From assembly GCA_051294375.1 (NCBI GenBank), contig CM119269.1, positions 14,056,552 to 14,120,551 on the forward strand: DNA of 64,000 bases, in the 5' to 3' direction. This document shows positions 38,128 to 51,182 of the stretch, piece by piece (the first letter of the stretch is position 1; every line of letters begins with the position of its first letter). Source of the DNA: Paraspadella gotoi. Taxonomy: Eukaryota > Animalia > Chaetognatha. A model generated the notes under the pieces. The model was not told the origin of the DNA. It did no database searches and saw nothing but the letters and a program-made list of their open reading frames with translations. The translations under genes were made by a program, and so were the position numbers.

Positions 38128-40084
38128 ATGCCAAAAAGATCGGGAAAGGGGAAAAAGTCGGCCAAGTCGAAGACACCGACGGTGATAGATGGCGTCTCCA
38201 CCGAAGAGATGACAAAAGAGCAACTCGAGGAGCACATCCAACGCCTCCGAGAGGAGCTCGACCGCGAGCGAGAGGAGCGAAATTATTTTCAGTTAGAGCG
38301 AGACAAAGTCAACACTTTTTGGGAGATCACCAAGCGACAGGTGGTGCCATTGACAGAGATTAAAATTTTGCTTAATAACATCTGTTTTTATCCTTTTCTT
38401 ATATTTTTTCTTCTTTGATCCAGCTGGAAGACAAAAAGTCGGAATTGCGCAACAAGGATCGTGAGATGGAGGACGCAGAAGAGCGTCACCAGGTGGAGAT
38501 CAAAGTCTACAAGCAAAAAGTCAAGCACCTCCTTTACGAACATCAGAACAACATCTCCGAGCTCAAGGCTGAATCGACGGTGGCGCTCAAGTTGGCGCAG
38601 GACGAACACCGAATGACGCAGGCGGACCTGCTGAAGGACAAGAGGGCGCTGAAGGTTAGGTTTGAAAAATTAAAGTGACTATTTTTTTAAAATTGATATT
38701 CTTTCTTCGCGCTCTCCTCAGGTCAACCTCAAGGAGCAAGAGTTGGCTCACGAAGACATCGTCAAGAGTCTGAAGAAGACGCACGACGAACTCATCACCG
38801 AACTCCGCGTCGACTTCGAGCGACAGGCCAAAGAGATCGAGGCCAAATATGAGCGGAAAATGCGTTCCCTTCGGGAGGAGCTCGACCTCCGGCGCAAGAC
38901 AGAGATCCACGAGATCGAGGAGCGAAAGAATCAGCAGATCAACACCCTCATGAAGAACCACGAGAAGGCCTTCTCCGACATCAAGAACTACTACAACGAC
39001 ATCACCCTCAACAACCTCGCCCTCATCAACACCCTCAAGGAGCAGGTGGAGGAGATGAAGAAGAAGGAGGAGAGATTGGAGAAGCAGATGAGCGAGATTG
39101 CCGCGGAGAACAAGAAGCTCGTCGAACCGTTGCAGAAGGTAAGGTTGAGGTTGTTTTTGTTGTTATTTGGCCTCTTAGGGCTTCCCCACAGTCTTCTATT
39201 TTTAGTCTCTGTCTCTCTCTCACACTTACACACTCACACACAGGCGCGGGAGGAAGTGACAGAGCTGAAAAAACAGTTGAGCAACTACGAAAAGGACAAA
39301 GCTGGACTTGGAGCGATGAAGGCGCGACTTCGTTCAGTCACGGAGGAGCATGATGCGCTTCAGTGGGAGCACGAGGTGCTGGAGCAAAGGTTCGAGAAGG
39401 TGCAGAAGGAGCGCGACGAACTTTACCGCAAATTCGTTAAGGTAAAATTAAAAGGAGGATCAAAAGTTTCTCCTTTCTGGACTTCGATTTCTCCCAATTT
39501 TACTGTTTTTTTTTCTTTTATTTACTCAATTAGGCTATACACGAGGTACAGCAAAAAGCCAATTTCAAGAATTTGCTGCTTGAGAAGAAGCTTCAAGCTC
39601 TCAACGATACACTTGAGAAGAAAGAGGCGCAACTCAACGAAGTCCTCTCAGCCTCTAATCTCGATCCTACTGCCCTCTCAGTTGTAACTCGAAAACTGGA
39701 GGTACAACAATATTTTCATATCGCTTCTGCGCATCGCTAATATAAGAGTAAAGACTAAAGAGTAATATTTATCTTAATAATTTATCTTTGTAATAGGACG
39801 TTCTCGATTCTAAGAATAGCGCCATCAAAGATCTTCAATACGAACTGGCCAGAGTGTGCAAGGTTAATCTGCAAGAAATGATCTTTAATTCGATTACTTT
39901 TAAACGATTATCTCCATTATCTGCTTAACCCTAGGCACATAATGATCTAATGCGCACCTACGAGTCAAAACTGGGCCACTTCGGTATCCCGACGGACGAT
40001 TTAGGATTCAAACCCCTAGAGTCAACGGTGGGAGGTCAGGCGTTGGGTCAGGGTCCCGCGGGGCTCGTCTCCGCATCCACCTGA
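38128..40084 (+). CDS. GAS8: Dynein regulatory complex subunit 4 (growth arrest-specific 8)
   Basis: [119 protein letters not shown]. Confidence 0.97.
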
Positions 40085-40384
40085 TAATCACGAGTCAAGA
40101 ATCCGGCTACGTGCTACTCCGTTCAATCAAGACTTTTCGTTTCTGCAACTGATCATAAAGTTATAAAGTATTTTCTAGTCAACTACGCCGAACTTTTCGT
40201 TTAAAACAAACAAAATAAATCGCCGCCGCCTTTTACGTCGAACTGCCATTGTTGTACAAATTCTGTGCTTAATTCAAAAAAACAAATTTGAATCAAGATT
40301 AAAGAAGAAAAATTCATGCGTATTTATTTTGTATTTTTTTAACAGTTGTTAAAAAAAAAATTACCTCCCAGTTATAAGAGAAAC

Positions 40385-41203
40385 ATGCCTGGTAACGAGT
40401 CGGTCGGAATGATCGGCAGTGGAGGACCTAAAGCCCCCATCTTCGAACCCAAGGGTCTTTGGAGTCCGGCTCCTAAGACGCAAGTCAGTCGCGAAACTCA
40501 GGAACTGCTAAAGACAATGATGGCCGAGTCACGACTGACGGCCTTCCAGAGACGCCAACTTAATGAGGCCGCCAGAACCATCGGTTCTCTCCCTTCTCAA
40601 TGCAATCCCACGACGTCCAGAAAACCGGCGCAGCCCTCGCCACCGAAACCGCCGAGAAAGACTGTCAACCCTAGAAATTGCGGAAGAGGTAAAATGAGTT
40701 AGCTGGAGAATTGAAAGAATATAATTTAAAAAAAAATAATTACTAATATTTAAATCCTCACAGGCATTCGTCTCCAAGAGGAAATTGCCAAATCAGGAGC
40801 GTATAATCGAGAGCGATACCGGACGATCCCCTGCAAAGTCCGCACGGACGAAGACAAAGAAAAATTCGCTAATCTCATGGCATTCGGTACCGACTTGGAA
40901 CCGGAGCTGGGTAGAGCGAGGGAGCCGAGTCCGGAACCCCTTGTCCCGGCAAAGGATCGATTCGAGGAGCTGGTGAGTCGCTATGGATTTCTCCTTCATT
41001 CGAACCATCAATCAAAAACCAATGCTTTGCAGGTGGAAGAGATTCGGGAGCGCAAAGAGTTCCTGGACGAGATGACGTCGTTGGGAGAAGGAAAGCGCTA
41101 CAAGTCGAAGATCGAGACGGAGATCAGTCAAATGATTAGAGAGATGGAGGAAATTGATAGGCAAAGATCAGAGCAGCTGAGGCGACTCGGTGACGAAAAT
41201 TAA
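40385..41203 (+). CDS. C22orf23: UPF0193 protein EVG1 (C22orf23 homologue), 3 exons
   Basis: SRETQELLKTMMAESRLTAFQRRQL, LPSQCNPT, SGAYNRERY, KEKFANLMAFG, DRFEEL|VEEIRERKEFLDEMTSLGEGKRY..IETEISQMIREME. Confidence 0.88.
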
Positions 41204-42056
41204 AGGAGAGCCATTGCTTACTACAGGCCCTGTATAAAATGTCAGTTAATGTAGTAATGTATAATATACAGGGGGCTAACAAGCTGGTTGTAATTATAGT
41301 TACTTTTTTATACGTTTATAAATATAATCTCCCCCTGGATCTCAATAACCTAAAACTAAAAACCAGAATTTTTTCATGGTTTTATTTTAAGATCACAAGA
41401 GAGTAAGCTTCAGAAAATAAATTATGTTATCAGGTAAATTTACTGCAACAATTGCCAGCTTTTCCCGCCGTAAAAAAATACAAGTATTAAAACCAACAAA
41501 TACAAAAAATAAAAAAAATATAAAGCTATTTACTTTGCTGTAAGCATACAAGACAAAATTTGGATTTGCTAGCAACGATTGGATAAGACGTTATCTGATA
41601 ACAGTCGGTAGGGTTGTTACGTAATAAAATTTACGTACATATATCATCAATGCTTTAGCATCTCGACCTGATAATAGTAAAGAAAATTTTAACGGAGTAC
41701 CGAATAGTAATATAAAATAATTTTTCTTCATTATTTTTAGAATCTGTAACAGTCACTAGGATTTAAGGGTTATACAATATATATCGAAGTACAGTTTAGT
41801 GGAATGAAAATGTTGATTCATCTTGCATAGCGAGCGAATAGGCCCCTAAAGGAAAACCGTTAATTAGGAAGAGACGACTTACGGGATAGGCGTGTATAAA
41901 ACCCTCAATTTAAACCGCGTTCTACGGGCACGCTAAAAAACGCTTGTCGAAATCCAGTAGCAATTTGTGCAACAGCTAATCGGAAATCCCGTTCCGTTCC
42001 CAAGGCTGGATGGTCGAAGCGGAAGCGAAATGACAGTGGAAAAACCCTCCCTCACT

Positions 42057-42462
42057 TTAGTTGTTAGATATGAATTCGGTAACGAGTCTAAAGTATCGAC
42101 ATTCGTTGGGTTCCTTAGTAGAGTTGGACCCAGTCGTAAACTTGGCGGCGCTGCTGTTTCGATCCGCATTTTTACTCATCGGAGGTTCGCTTGCTTCTCG
42201 ACCGCTCTTCGTTCTTCTGAAAAATAGAAGGTTACTGGTTAGTAAATTCTCGGTTGGCGTTTTTGGTTTTGTCATCTCTGCTTGCCTCAAAGCTACGGTC
42301 TTTTTCTGTTCCTTTGCCTCCGCCGCAACTTCGCTCTGCAGGATCCAGTCAGTGCGGGTGCGAAGCCGCCGCAGTTGTCGCTCGCGCACTTCGGAAAATC
42401 GTGTCGCGTTTCGAGTCTGCTCGTGGTGTCTGTTCATCTCTGTATTTTTAATTTTCATGTTT

Positions 42463-42502
<40 letters not shown>

Positions 42503-45500
42503 CGAATTCCTTCAATTACCCAACAACTGCTCCATCGGAATAGTGACAACTTCCTCTCCGCCATTCTCCGTCTCTTTAACGACGGTGGCAGGACCGACTA
42601 TAGCGGACGTCCTACGTCGAGCATCATCGTCGTTCTCATCTCCCTCCGGAGATGTAGGCGAAGGGATACCGGGAAAATCGTCGCTGCTTACGCCTGAAGA
42701 TCCCGGGAAAGAAGGGTGTTAAAAACGTTCGAGGAAAAAATCATTGAAAAAAACCTTACTATGACGATTGACGTGGAATCCGTGGTCTTTGGATTCGGCG
42801 TCAAGAATGCTACGGATAACTTTCTGTTTCCTCGACGGACGCAACTTGGCGGAAGACTGGGGACCGTTGAAGTCGTACTTGAACCACTCCGTTACCCGTA
42901 TCGTCGTCCCCATGACCGCGGAGAAGTAAGATATGTTAGCGGTCCCGAAAATTCGTTGGAGCGGGAACGACTGTATAAGCAGTTTGAGCAGATTCACGGC
43001 ATTTTCTGTGAAAAAAACAAAGCATTATGTGCTCGACAAATAAAAAAAAATACGGATTTGAAGTCAAGTACTTTTGACGGATTAGTTATCATCGATTAGC
43101 AATGCACACTCACTTATTTGTAGCGGTTGCTTGGTGCAGGTGGTTATCACAGATGGCGCGATGCTGACGGCCAGCGATTCGGCCGTCATCCCGTTCTCTT
43201 GAGCGTGACTCAAGGTTCTGGACAGCGTGCCGAAGAGAAGGATCGCCAGATGCTGGGACGGCGTCGACAGGGAATGCAACACCTGCGATAATGATCACGA
43301 TCAGTTCTATATTTTAGGAATAAGCCGATTTTATTTGCCCAATAATACCTGCGATATGGTTTCGTACTGATCGGTGAGATCTTTGGTTTCCATGACAACT
43401 AAAAGGCGACGCTCGCCCTGATCGCCAAACAGTCCATCGGGAATTTGGCTTATGAAGGACTGAAAAATAAGCAAGTTTCCATTGACTATTGAATTTAAAA
43501 CTATCGAATAATAGAGAGGAAATTAATTTTAACCTTGACGACGGAGGCGACCGTATGAATGGCAAACTTGTCTAGGTCAACCGGTTTTCCCTCCTGAAGC
43601 TTCCTTCGCATCTTCTCGATGTCGCCGTGGTTGCCGGGCTTCCGAAAGATGTTAATTGCGTTGACGCCTTCGTGACACAAACGCCGAAACAAAGCCTGAA
43701 TTGGAGGGTAAAATACCAAATACCGCTCTTTAGCATTTATATACGTAGAATCTAGTTCTGTATTATCATGAAGATCTTTCTATTTTCGACTATATTTCGC
43801 TACACGGTAGGGCAGAGAGGATGTGAAAGAAACAAAAAAGTGACATCTCTGAAACCTATAAAATCTTAAACTATACCCGAGACACTTAATGTGGTAGGTC
43901 AGTAAAATTCGATATAGCCAAATTTTTTTTAAATGCTAATTAAAGTTTTTGAATATTTTTTATAAAAAATTTTAAGTAGTTTAATGAATATTCTTACAAT
44001 TTTAATGTATATACATCTATCATTATCTACAGAGCATAAGCTTTAATTTGAGACCTCTCCCAACTTTCTACGATTTTTTGTTATTGAATTATAAGTAAAA
44101 ATCATAATTTAAAAAAAAATTAATCAGTTTTTTCAACCAGATTATTTTTTAAAAATAAAAGTACAAATATGTTCTCAAAATGCAGTGCTACTTATTAGGC
44201 CTTAAAACAAATTTATAAAAAAAATTATTATAAAATTATTAGAAAAAATAAATACAGATAATTAATTTTATTTTTTTAAAAAAAATATGTGATATTTAAT
44301 TAAAACTTAATCTCAAATAAATCATATCCAGCTTTTAAAAGTAATTATGTTTTATTACTTATAAAAAAAAATTATTTATAAAATTATATTATAGTAATAG
44401 CTCACTCAATATTTGATATATATTATTAATAAACAAATGTGTAAAAATATTAACAAACAAATGCTTTAACTTTTAATACTTAAAGTATATATTAATATTT
44501 TTTTAAATATTTTTTTAATTTTTAAAATTTTTTATATTAAAATTATTATTAATTAAAAAAAAATTATTTTGAAGCCTAATAAGTAGAACTACTTTTTGAG
44601 AACATATTTGTATCTTTATCTGTAAAAAATAATCTGTTCAAAAGTACTAATTGATTAATCTTTTTGAAAAAAAAATTTATATTTACATTTCAATAACGAA
44701 AAGTAATAAAAAGTTGGGAGAGGTCTCAAATTAAAGCTTATGCTTTGTTGATTATGATATTCAAATTGTAAGCATATTCACTAAACTACTTAAAAATTTT
44801 TATAAAAAAATTTTAAAAACTTTAATTAGCATTTAAAAAAAATCATGCCTTTATCGAATTTTACTGACCTACCATATTAAGGGACTCATGGGTATACTTT
44901 AAGATTTTATAGGTTTCAGAGATGGCACTTTTTTTGTTTCTTTCACATCCTCTCTGCACTACGGTGGCTAGCTTTTGTATGATTTACTATTATTAAATCG
45001 TGCTTAATTTTTATTCTTCAACAAGGGTTAGGGACGGTTACTGGTTAGGGTTAAGGTTTACGGTTAGGGTAGTTTTCGTGCAATAAATTAGTTTACATTA
45101 TAACGAAGAGAAAATACCAATTCAAATATGGAATTCGCCAGGCACCTTTGTCGTCACTTTTTACAACTACTCAATTTGAATTTTTTTAAACTTTTTTATT
45201 GACTCACCACGAGCGACTCGGGGACATCTCCAGCACCGAAGCTGTAGTTGAGAGAAACGCCGAATTTTACTCTGATAATAAATAGATGATAATAAATTTT
45301 AAATGGTGTACAATAAATTGCTAACTAAATTTTCCGAAGCCACATCGCATGGATCACGAGTTTTTTCTAAACACTTGGCTAATGTACTCGTTTTGGAAAG
45401 GGATAACAAAAATTTCACTGAACAAAGGACTATTTTAAAATTAGTTGCACGAAACGTTATTTCCCTTATTTGTTACTAACAATGTAGGGGGGAAAGAAGG

Positions 45501-46229
45501 AAAGCAGGTAGAAGTAAAAATGTCTCGTCGATTCTCGATTCTCGAGTCATAACTCGGGGGGGATCGAATTCCTTTGTCGATGAGTCACTCTGACTCTCTC
45601 GATCGAACGTCCAGTCGAATCGGTGTCCCGGGAAGTTTTAATGACTAACGTTTATCACTTAATCATTATATTTTTTCCCTTCCCTTTACTCTTCTTTAAT
45701 TTTTTTATAGTCGAGAGCAAAAATATTTTATGCGAGGCGCGGAGAAAAGCATTATAAAAAGCGTTTTAATTACTAAATAGTAAATGCTTAAAATCAAAGT
45801 TTTAGAAAATAGAAAATAATATTGAATAATAATAATATTGATATTGAAAGTCCCTCACCTTTGCTTAACGTCGCCCACGCCTACATCGCCCCACCCTGTC
45901 ACGGCGTTAGCGCCGCCTCCCCCAGCGGCGCGTCCGAAATCCAGCTTCGTCATTAGCCTGACCGTCTCGACGAATCCGCGCTGAGTGACTCCGCCGACGG
46001 AAGATCTGCTTCCGGTCGAGTTGGCGCCGGGCGAAGAGTCCGACAACCGCACGTCCGAGGAGGACGCTGATGGGGGCGTGGCCGGCTCTGCGCCGCTTCG
46101 ATTTCGACCCAAGCGAAATAGCGAAGAGTCGCGCCGCCGCTTCGACTTTGTTCCGGCGGCGTCTTCGGGGGACGCCGTCTTGCGGACGGAAAAGGCGTCA
46201 CCGAAGACGCCCAAAAGAGATGGCGACAA
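42057..46229 (-). CDS. RhoGAP-domain protein (multi-exon; start codon uncertain)
   Basis: Spliced VKFGVSLNYSFGAGDVPESLV|ALFRRLCHEGVNAINIFRKPGN (arginine finger)...IHTVASVVK|SFISQIPDGLF...|...LLFGTLSRTLSHAQENGMTAESLAVSIAPSV. Further exons continue to a stop at 42057. Confidence 0.8.
43803..44966. mobile_element. Non-autonomous fold-back DNA transposon (MITE-like), ~410-bp TIRs, CAC...GTG termini, 4-bp TSD GCTA (Chapaev/CMC-like)
   Basis: Left end GCTA|CACGGTAGGGCAGAGAGGATGTGAAAGAAACAAAAAAGTG; right end ...TTTCACATCCTCTCTGCACTACGGTG|GCTA. The inverted match runs ~43803-44213 against ~44560-44966. The core is AT-rich with no ORF, and the element sits in a RhoGAP intron. Confidence 0.88.
45024..45070 (+). 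repeat. Short degenerate (GGTTAG/TTAGGG)-like tract
   Basis: AGGGTTAGGGACGGTTACTGGTTAGGGTTAAGGTTTACGGTTAGGGT. Confidence 0.6.
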
Positions 46230-46596
46230 GTTGGACGGAATTGGGAGATGTCATCGAGAACTATTCACCCGATTTTTTTGTTTTTTGTTTTTTATTTTAT
46301 TTTTTTAGTTATGTTTTTATATATCCGCCCTCTTTTTAAACATTTTTCTGTGGATAAACGAAATTGTTATCGCGAAATCTGACGCGATTTAGACGTCTTC
46401 ATAATCGTCGATCGTTGTCTCAAATAGCGAAAAGCGATATAGTTTTGAAAAAATAAATGTGATCTGATGAAAAATTGTTTTATCAAATTTAAAAAAAAAA
46501 TTAAAGGAAGTTTTCGAGTTGAATAACTCATCGGTCACAAATTCAAAATTAAAAAGAAAAGTTCTCTCAGAGAACATTAGTGTGTGTGAGAGAGAG

Positions 46597-46639
<43 letters not shown>

Positions 46640-47497
46640 TTAAACGGAAAGAAAAACAAAGTAAATTGAGAGTTCCTGCTAATGTAATGGAGTTGTTAAA
46701 TCGTATACTTATGGCATAGTAAAAAGAATTTAAGAACAATGAAAGCAGATATAGAGAATCCGAGAAGAACGAAGATAAATGAGAGGACAGAATTCTAAGA
46801 CCATCGGCGAAGAAAACAGGAAAAGTCAAATCACCCCAAGACATGTAATAACAATAAGAATGCTCGGTGTATTTTCAAGAGGTTATGGCCCGATAAGTAA
46901 AGCGACCATGACAGGGTTACAATATTTAACTTTGATGGTGATTGTGATCATTATTTTTTTCAGTAATTATTAAAATTATTGCAGTAAGTTCAAATTTCAA
47001 AATTCTAATTAAAAATCACAAAAGTAAATTTTATATTCCCTTTCTCATTGCTAAAATTTTAAAAACAATGTGAATTTAGTCTGTCAAAAAAAATTTAATA
47101 AATACGCAATACATAATAGGTAATAATTATGGTGTTTGTTATGAATAATAATATTATACATTTATAATTATTAATTACCTTGATTTATATTTGTGTTTTT
47201 CGTTGTCGAAATATCTGATTTACTGTAAGGTATAAGTGAAACCCTCCAGGTAGTAGCACCTTTTGATCATCTGGCCGCGGAATTGTACCACAAAGATAGC
47301 ACGAAGAATATATAAATCGTTGAGATAAAACTGCATTTAGACAAGGTTATAAAACGAGTGGTTAATCACCAAGTGTCACAAAAAAAATGATAATAAAAAT
47401 AAAAAATCTACGATCTGTAACAGAATTTACCAAACCTTTTTAAGGCAACAATAAATTAAAATTAAAAAACAGTTTTTAGGCTAAAAAAAGTTCTCAG

Positions 47498-50492
47498 CTA
47501 GTAGACAGGCTTCAAATCGAGACGCAACTTTGTCTTTTCTTTGCTTCTTTGAATCCCGAAGGCGACATGGCTCGGGTGTCGGGTCACGCCTGGTCGGTCG
47601 CTCGTCTCCGGAAAATGCAAATGGCGTCCTCGCTGCGAAATGGCCAGCATTGCGCGCGAAGCCCGGATGATATTACAAACCATTGATTTGCAATCCGAAC
47701 AAACATTCATTAAAGGCCCTGAAGAGACATAGAACGTTTTATTATGAGAAATAAAATGGGGGCAAAATTTTCAATAGTGAATATGCAATTAACTAAGCCT
47801 ATAGAGAGAGCGAGAGGGAGAGAGAGGGAGCGAGAGGGAGAGAGAGGGAGAAAGAGGGAGAGAGATGGAGAGAGAGGGAGCAAGAGGAAGAGAGAGCGAA
47901 AACAAGATATTTCGTATTCACATCTTTGGCCTAAGCGACTGGCTTGTGGATCGGCAGAGCCCTAAAGTCAGTAATGTCCTTTTAATTGTCATTTATCGCC
48001 CTACGTACCCCTAAATGCTTTATTTGGATCGTGAGAAAGAACGTGTCGCGCCTTTTCGAGACGTTGCTTGAGAGAGAGTTTGACCATAGGCAGATCTGAT
48101 CCAGAGTTCGCCCCAATCGGTTCCTCGTCGCGTTGAATGCTGATCTTAAAACGTCCAAAATTTTCGACCGGTCGTCCCGCGTTGTCAGTTTGAAAGACGT
48201 CTTCTTCCAGCTCTTCGTCCTCGCGGAGAACTTGTCTCACGATCTCGTCGGCTTCCATGTCTTCGCTGGATTTAGCCTCCAAAATCGGCGAGGGAGATTT
48301 TTTCTTCTCTCGACACTTTCTCTCCTCTCTTTTGTCCGCGATGAGTTTTTCCACGACTTTGGGAGGATTTAAGTATTTGAAATCCGTTCCTTCTTTTCGA
48401 CTAGGCAAGGGAGTCCCGGGTTCGGACCCCGTAGATTCGAAAGGTAAAAGAACCTCCTTTATCTCGTCGGGACTCAGAGGACTCAGGGTGTAGACGGGAA
48501 CGCTGTCGAAGTGTTCCGTCGGAATACGCATCTTGAAAATACAACGACCGCAAACTAATCTCTTGCAGAGCTTGCAAGCCGTACTCCAAGGGCCGAAAAA
48601 AGAGAATTTGGTTTTGCGACAAGTGAAACAAACGCGTCCATTCTCTAATTCCTCGAGCTGATGCGGAGGCAACGGCGAAGTCTCAAGCTCCGCCTTGGTG
48701 TTGACGAAGCGGATGTGCATCACCTCCTTAACAGTTAGAGACATGCACTCCAGCGGATGACGAACGCCGTATTCTTTCAGGTTTGGAAACCTTTTCATGG
48801 ACCCTCGACCAGAAAATCGGGATCTGGACGGCTTGACTGGAATAAGCATAGACTGGGTGTGGCGAGAAGAGTTGGCAGAGTCACCGCCAGTAAAGCTGGT
48901 AGAATGAGAGACTCCTGACCGATCGACCAGCGCCAAAGCCGCATCAATTGACTGGCAAATCGTAACTGAATGACGTCGCTCGGGAACGGTGGGAGAAGTC
49001 GTCTCCGTACAATCGGAAGGCGGAGCTCCCAGAGGAGAAAGGGGACTCAGATTCGCTTCGGGAGTGATCTTCTTTTTCGGAGGTGGAGGCGGCGGGACCG
49101 GCAACTCGGGAGGAGCGAGCCGAGGCGACGCCTCCATCTCGATTAATTTTAATCGATTCCGGTAAAGTTGCTGCAGAAACGCGTCGTCGTCGACGTCCAG
49201 CTCCTCGTCTGACTCTTCCAACTCGTTGGACAACAGGATCGAAATATCGGCCTTCAGCAATTTTTTGGCGTTAGGCGATCCATTTTTGCTGCTTTCCTGC
49301 ATCGTCTGCTGCGGAATAGGCTTCAGCCGATGAGTAATCGACTCTCCCTGTTTAAGTTCCTTCATGAGCTGTTCCCGCGGAGTGACGGCGGACTCCGGAG
49401 CCGGCGCGAGTTTCCGCGATTCGGCCGGAGCAAGCGGAGGACGCGAACGAATGAAATCGAGGATGATGTCGTGGGCGTCCTTGACGCCGTCGGCGACGTC
49501 GGATTCGTCAGGGACGACTTTGAGATTCCAGCGTCGAGACCTAATATCGTCCATGAGAATCTCGTAAGGCGTGAGGGCGAACTCGTAAAGCGGGCGGCGA
49601 ATCTCGGCGCCCTCCGAAACGTGCTTTAACTTGACGCCGTTGCGAAGTTCGCGAATGACTTGAATCCAGACCCGCGCCCAATCTTCCTTTCCCAATTCCG
49701 CGATCTGTTCCGCATCCGTCTCCTCCTTCTGGTAGATGCTCCGCGGGGAAGTCTTGATCTTGTTAAGGAAGACGACGAGCTCGACGGCTTCGCTGACGAG
49801 CGCGTGGCAGACGGCCTTGTAGTGGAAGCGAGCGTCGGGCGAGGATCCGTTGTGGCGAACGGCCGATTCCATCACGTCTGCCAGACCAAACTCGAGCGTT
49901 CGTCCCTCAGCATCTTGCTCGAACACGTCGACTTCTCCGCTGGATGTCATTTGGTTGATAAGCAAGACGAGCTCGTCGCTGAGATTTCGTTCTTCGTCGG
50001 GCTTTAAACCGTGGTCCAAAGCTTTGTAAACCGCGTAACCGAGACAGGATACGAGTTGAAACTCGTTGACGGCGAGCCGCTCTTCGTCGCCGATCTCGCA
50101 GTTTAAAACGGAGTTGGAGACGGTGACGGATCCGTCCTTATGCATTGACAAGGCGCTACAGTCGGAGAAAGCGTAGACCTGGACGTCCTTAGACCATAAA
50201 AACGAATGGGAAATATATAAGGCATAATATTTAATCATGTCTGTTTAAAATCGACACTTACCTCTTTCGCGTTTAAAACCTTCGAAAGGGACGAGGCGGC
50301 CTGGTAGCAAATAGCCCAGGCTTGTTCCTCGTTGGTACCCGTATCGAAAACCATGATTATCGACTGGAGAGAAGTATAGCCGAGATTGTTCAAGTTTTTT
50401 TCCACGGTTTTCCACTCGCCGGAGGCCACGATCCGACTAGTCTGGCTCGGAGAGGTCATCGCCTCCAGCTTGCGAGACGAGACTTCCGCCAT
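47498..50492 (-). CDS. SPIRE: Spire actin nucleator (KIND, 4 WH2, Spir-box, modified FYVE)
   Basis: KIND (NEEQAWAICYQ; HYKAVCHALVSEAVELVVFL), four WH2 (WIQVIRELRNGVKLKHV; LTPYEILMDDIRSRRWNLKVV; DAHDIILDFIRSRPPL; TPREQLMKELKQ), Spir-box (ECMSLTVKEVMHIR..KAELE) and FYVE (CFTCRKTKF..CKLCKRLVCGRC). The last exon reads VCSDCKSMV...LRLDLKPVY*. Confidence 0.95.
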
Positions 50493-51182
50493 CGCCGACG
50501 AAGGACGAACCGTATTTATAACCTAGGGATAGAGCTACTGTCCAACATATTTACTCTTTTTATTATATTTCCCTATCATCGAGTTTGATCGAAGTGAAAC
50601 TACCGACTTGGTGAGTTGGTGTGGAGATTGGATCCGCGGATTCCGAGAGAGGGCGAAGAGGTGGAGATGTTTATTCGCTGCTCTTTTGTCTCCCGGGTCA
50701 AGGCCTTGTAAAACTTGCAAATGTTATTCACATTGTTATGCTTTTTTTTCTGGTTTTATTTATTTACGTAGTTTTTTACTGTGACTATATTGAAATATTG
50801 CGAGACGGAATTGGTTTCATCCAGATTAACGAGTTCCAATCCAAACAAATAAGAGGAAGGATCTGTAACCGTCGTCGACGGCGAGGATTTTGGATTTCAA
50901 CTTTTCTTCACCTCCTTTTTAATTAGTGGAATTTTTTTTTAAATTTACGAGTGTTTTACTTTACGATTGTTTTACTATTTTTAACAGAAGTTGATGAAAA
51001 GAACCCAGCGAAGAGGGAGAAGACGTCGGGAGAGAAACTCGAAGCGTGCTGAAGACCCGGGAGACGGCGGCGCATTTGAGTGATAGATGGTCGTATGGAC
51101 TTTACATTGAGAAACCAAGCCTTAGTAAATTATACTACCTCCTCTGACACTACGACCTCATTAACGATTAAACTGTTGTACC

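Noticed and set aside
41228-41273. 9-bp inverted repeat CCCTGTATA...TATACAGGG in the C22orf23 3' region as SECIS or terminator
   Set aside because: No in-frame TGA in the gene, no SECIS core, and the stem is too short to exceed chance.
45024-45070. Telomere or chromosome-fusion remnant
   Set aside because: Too short and degenerate; such tracts are common within small repeats.
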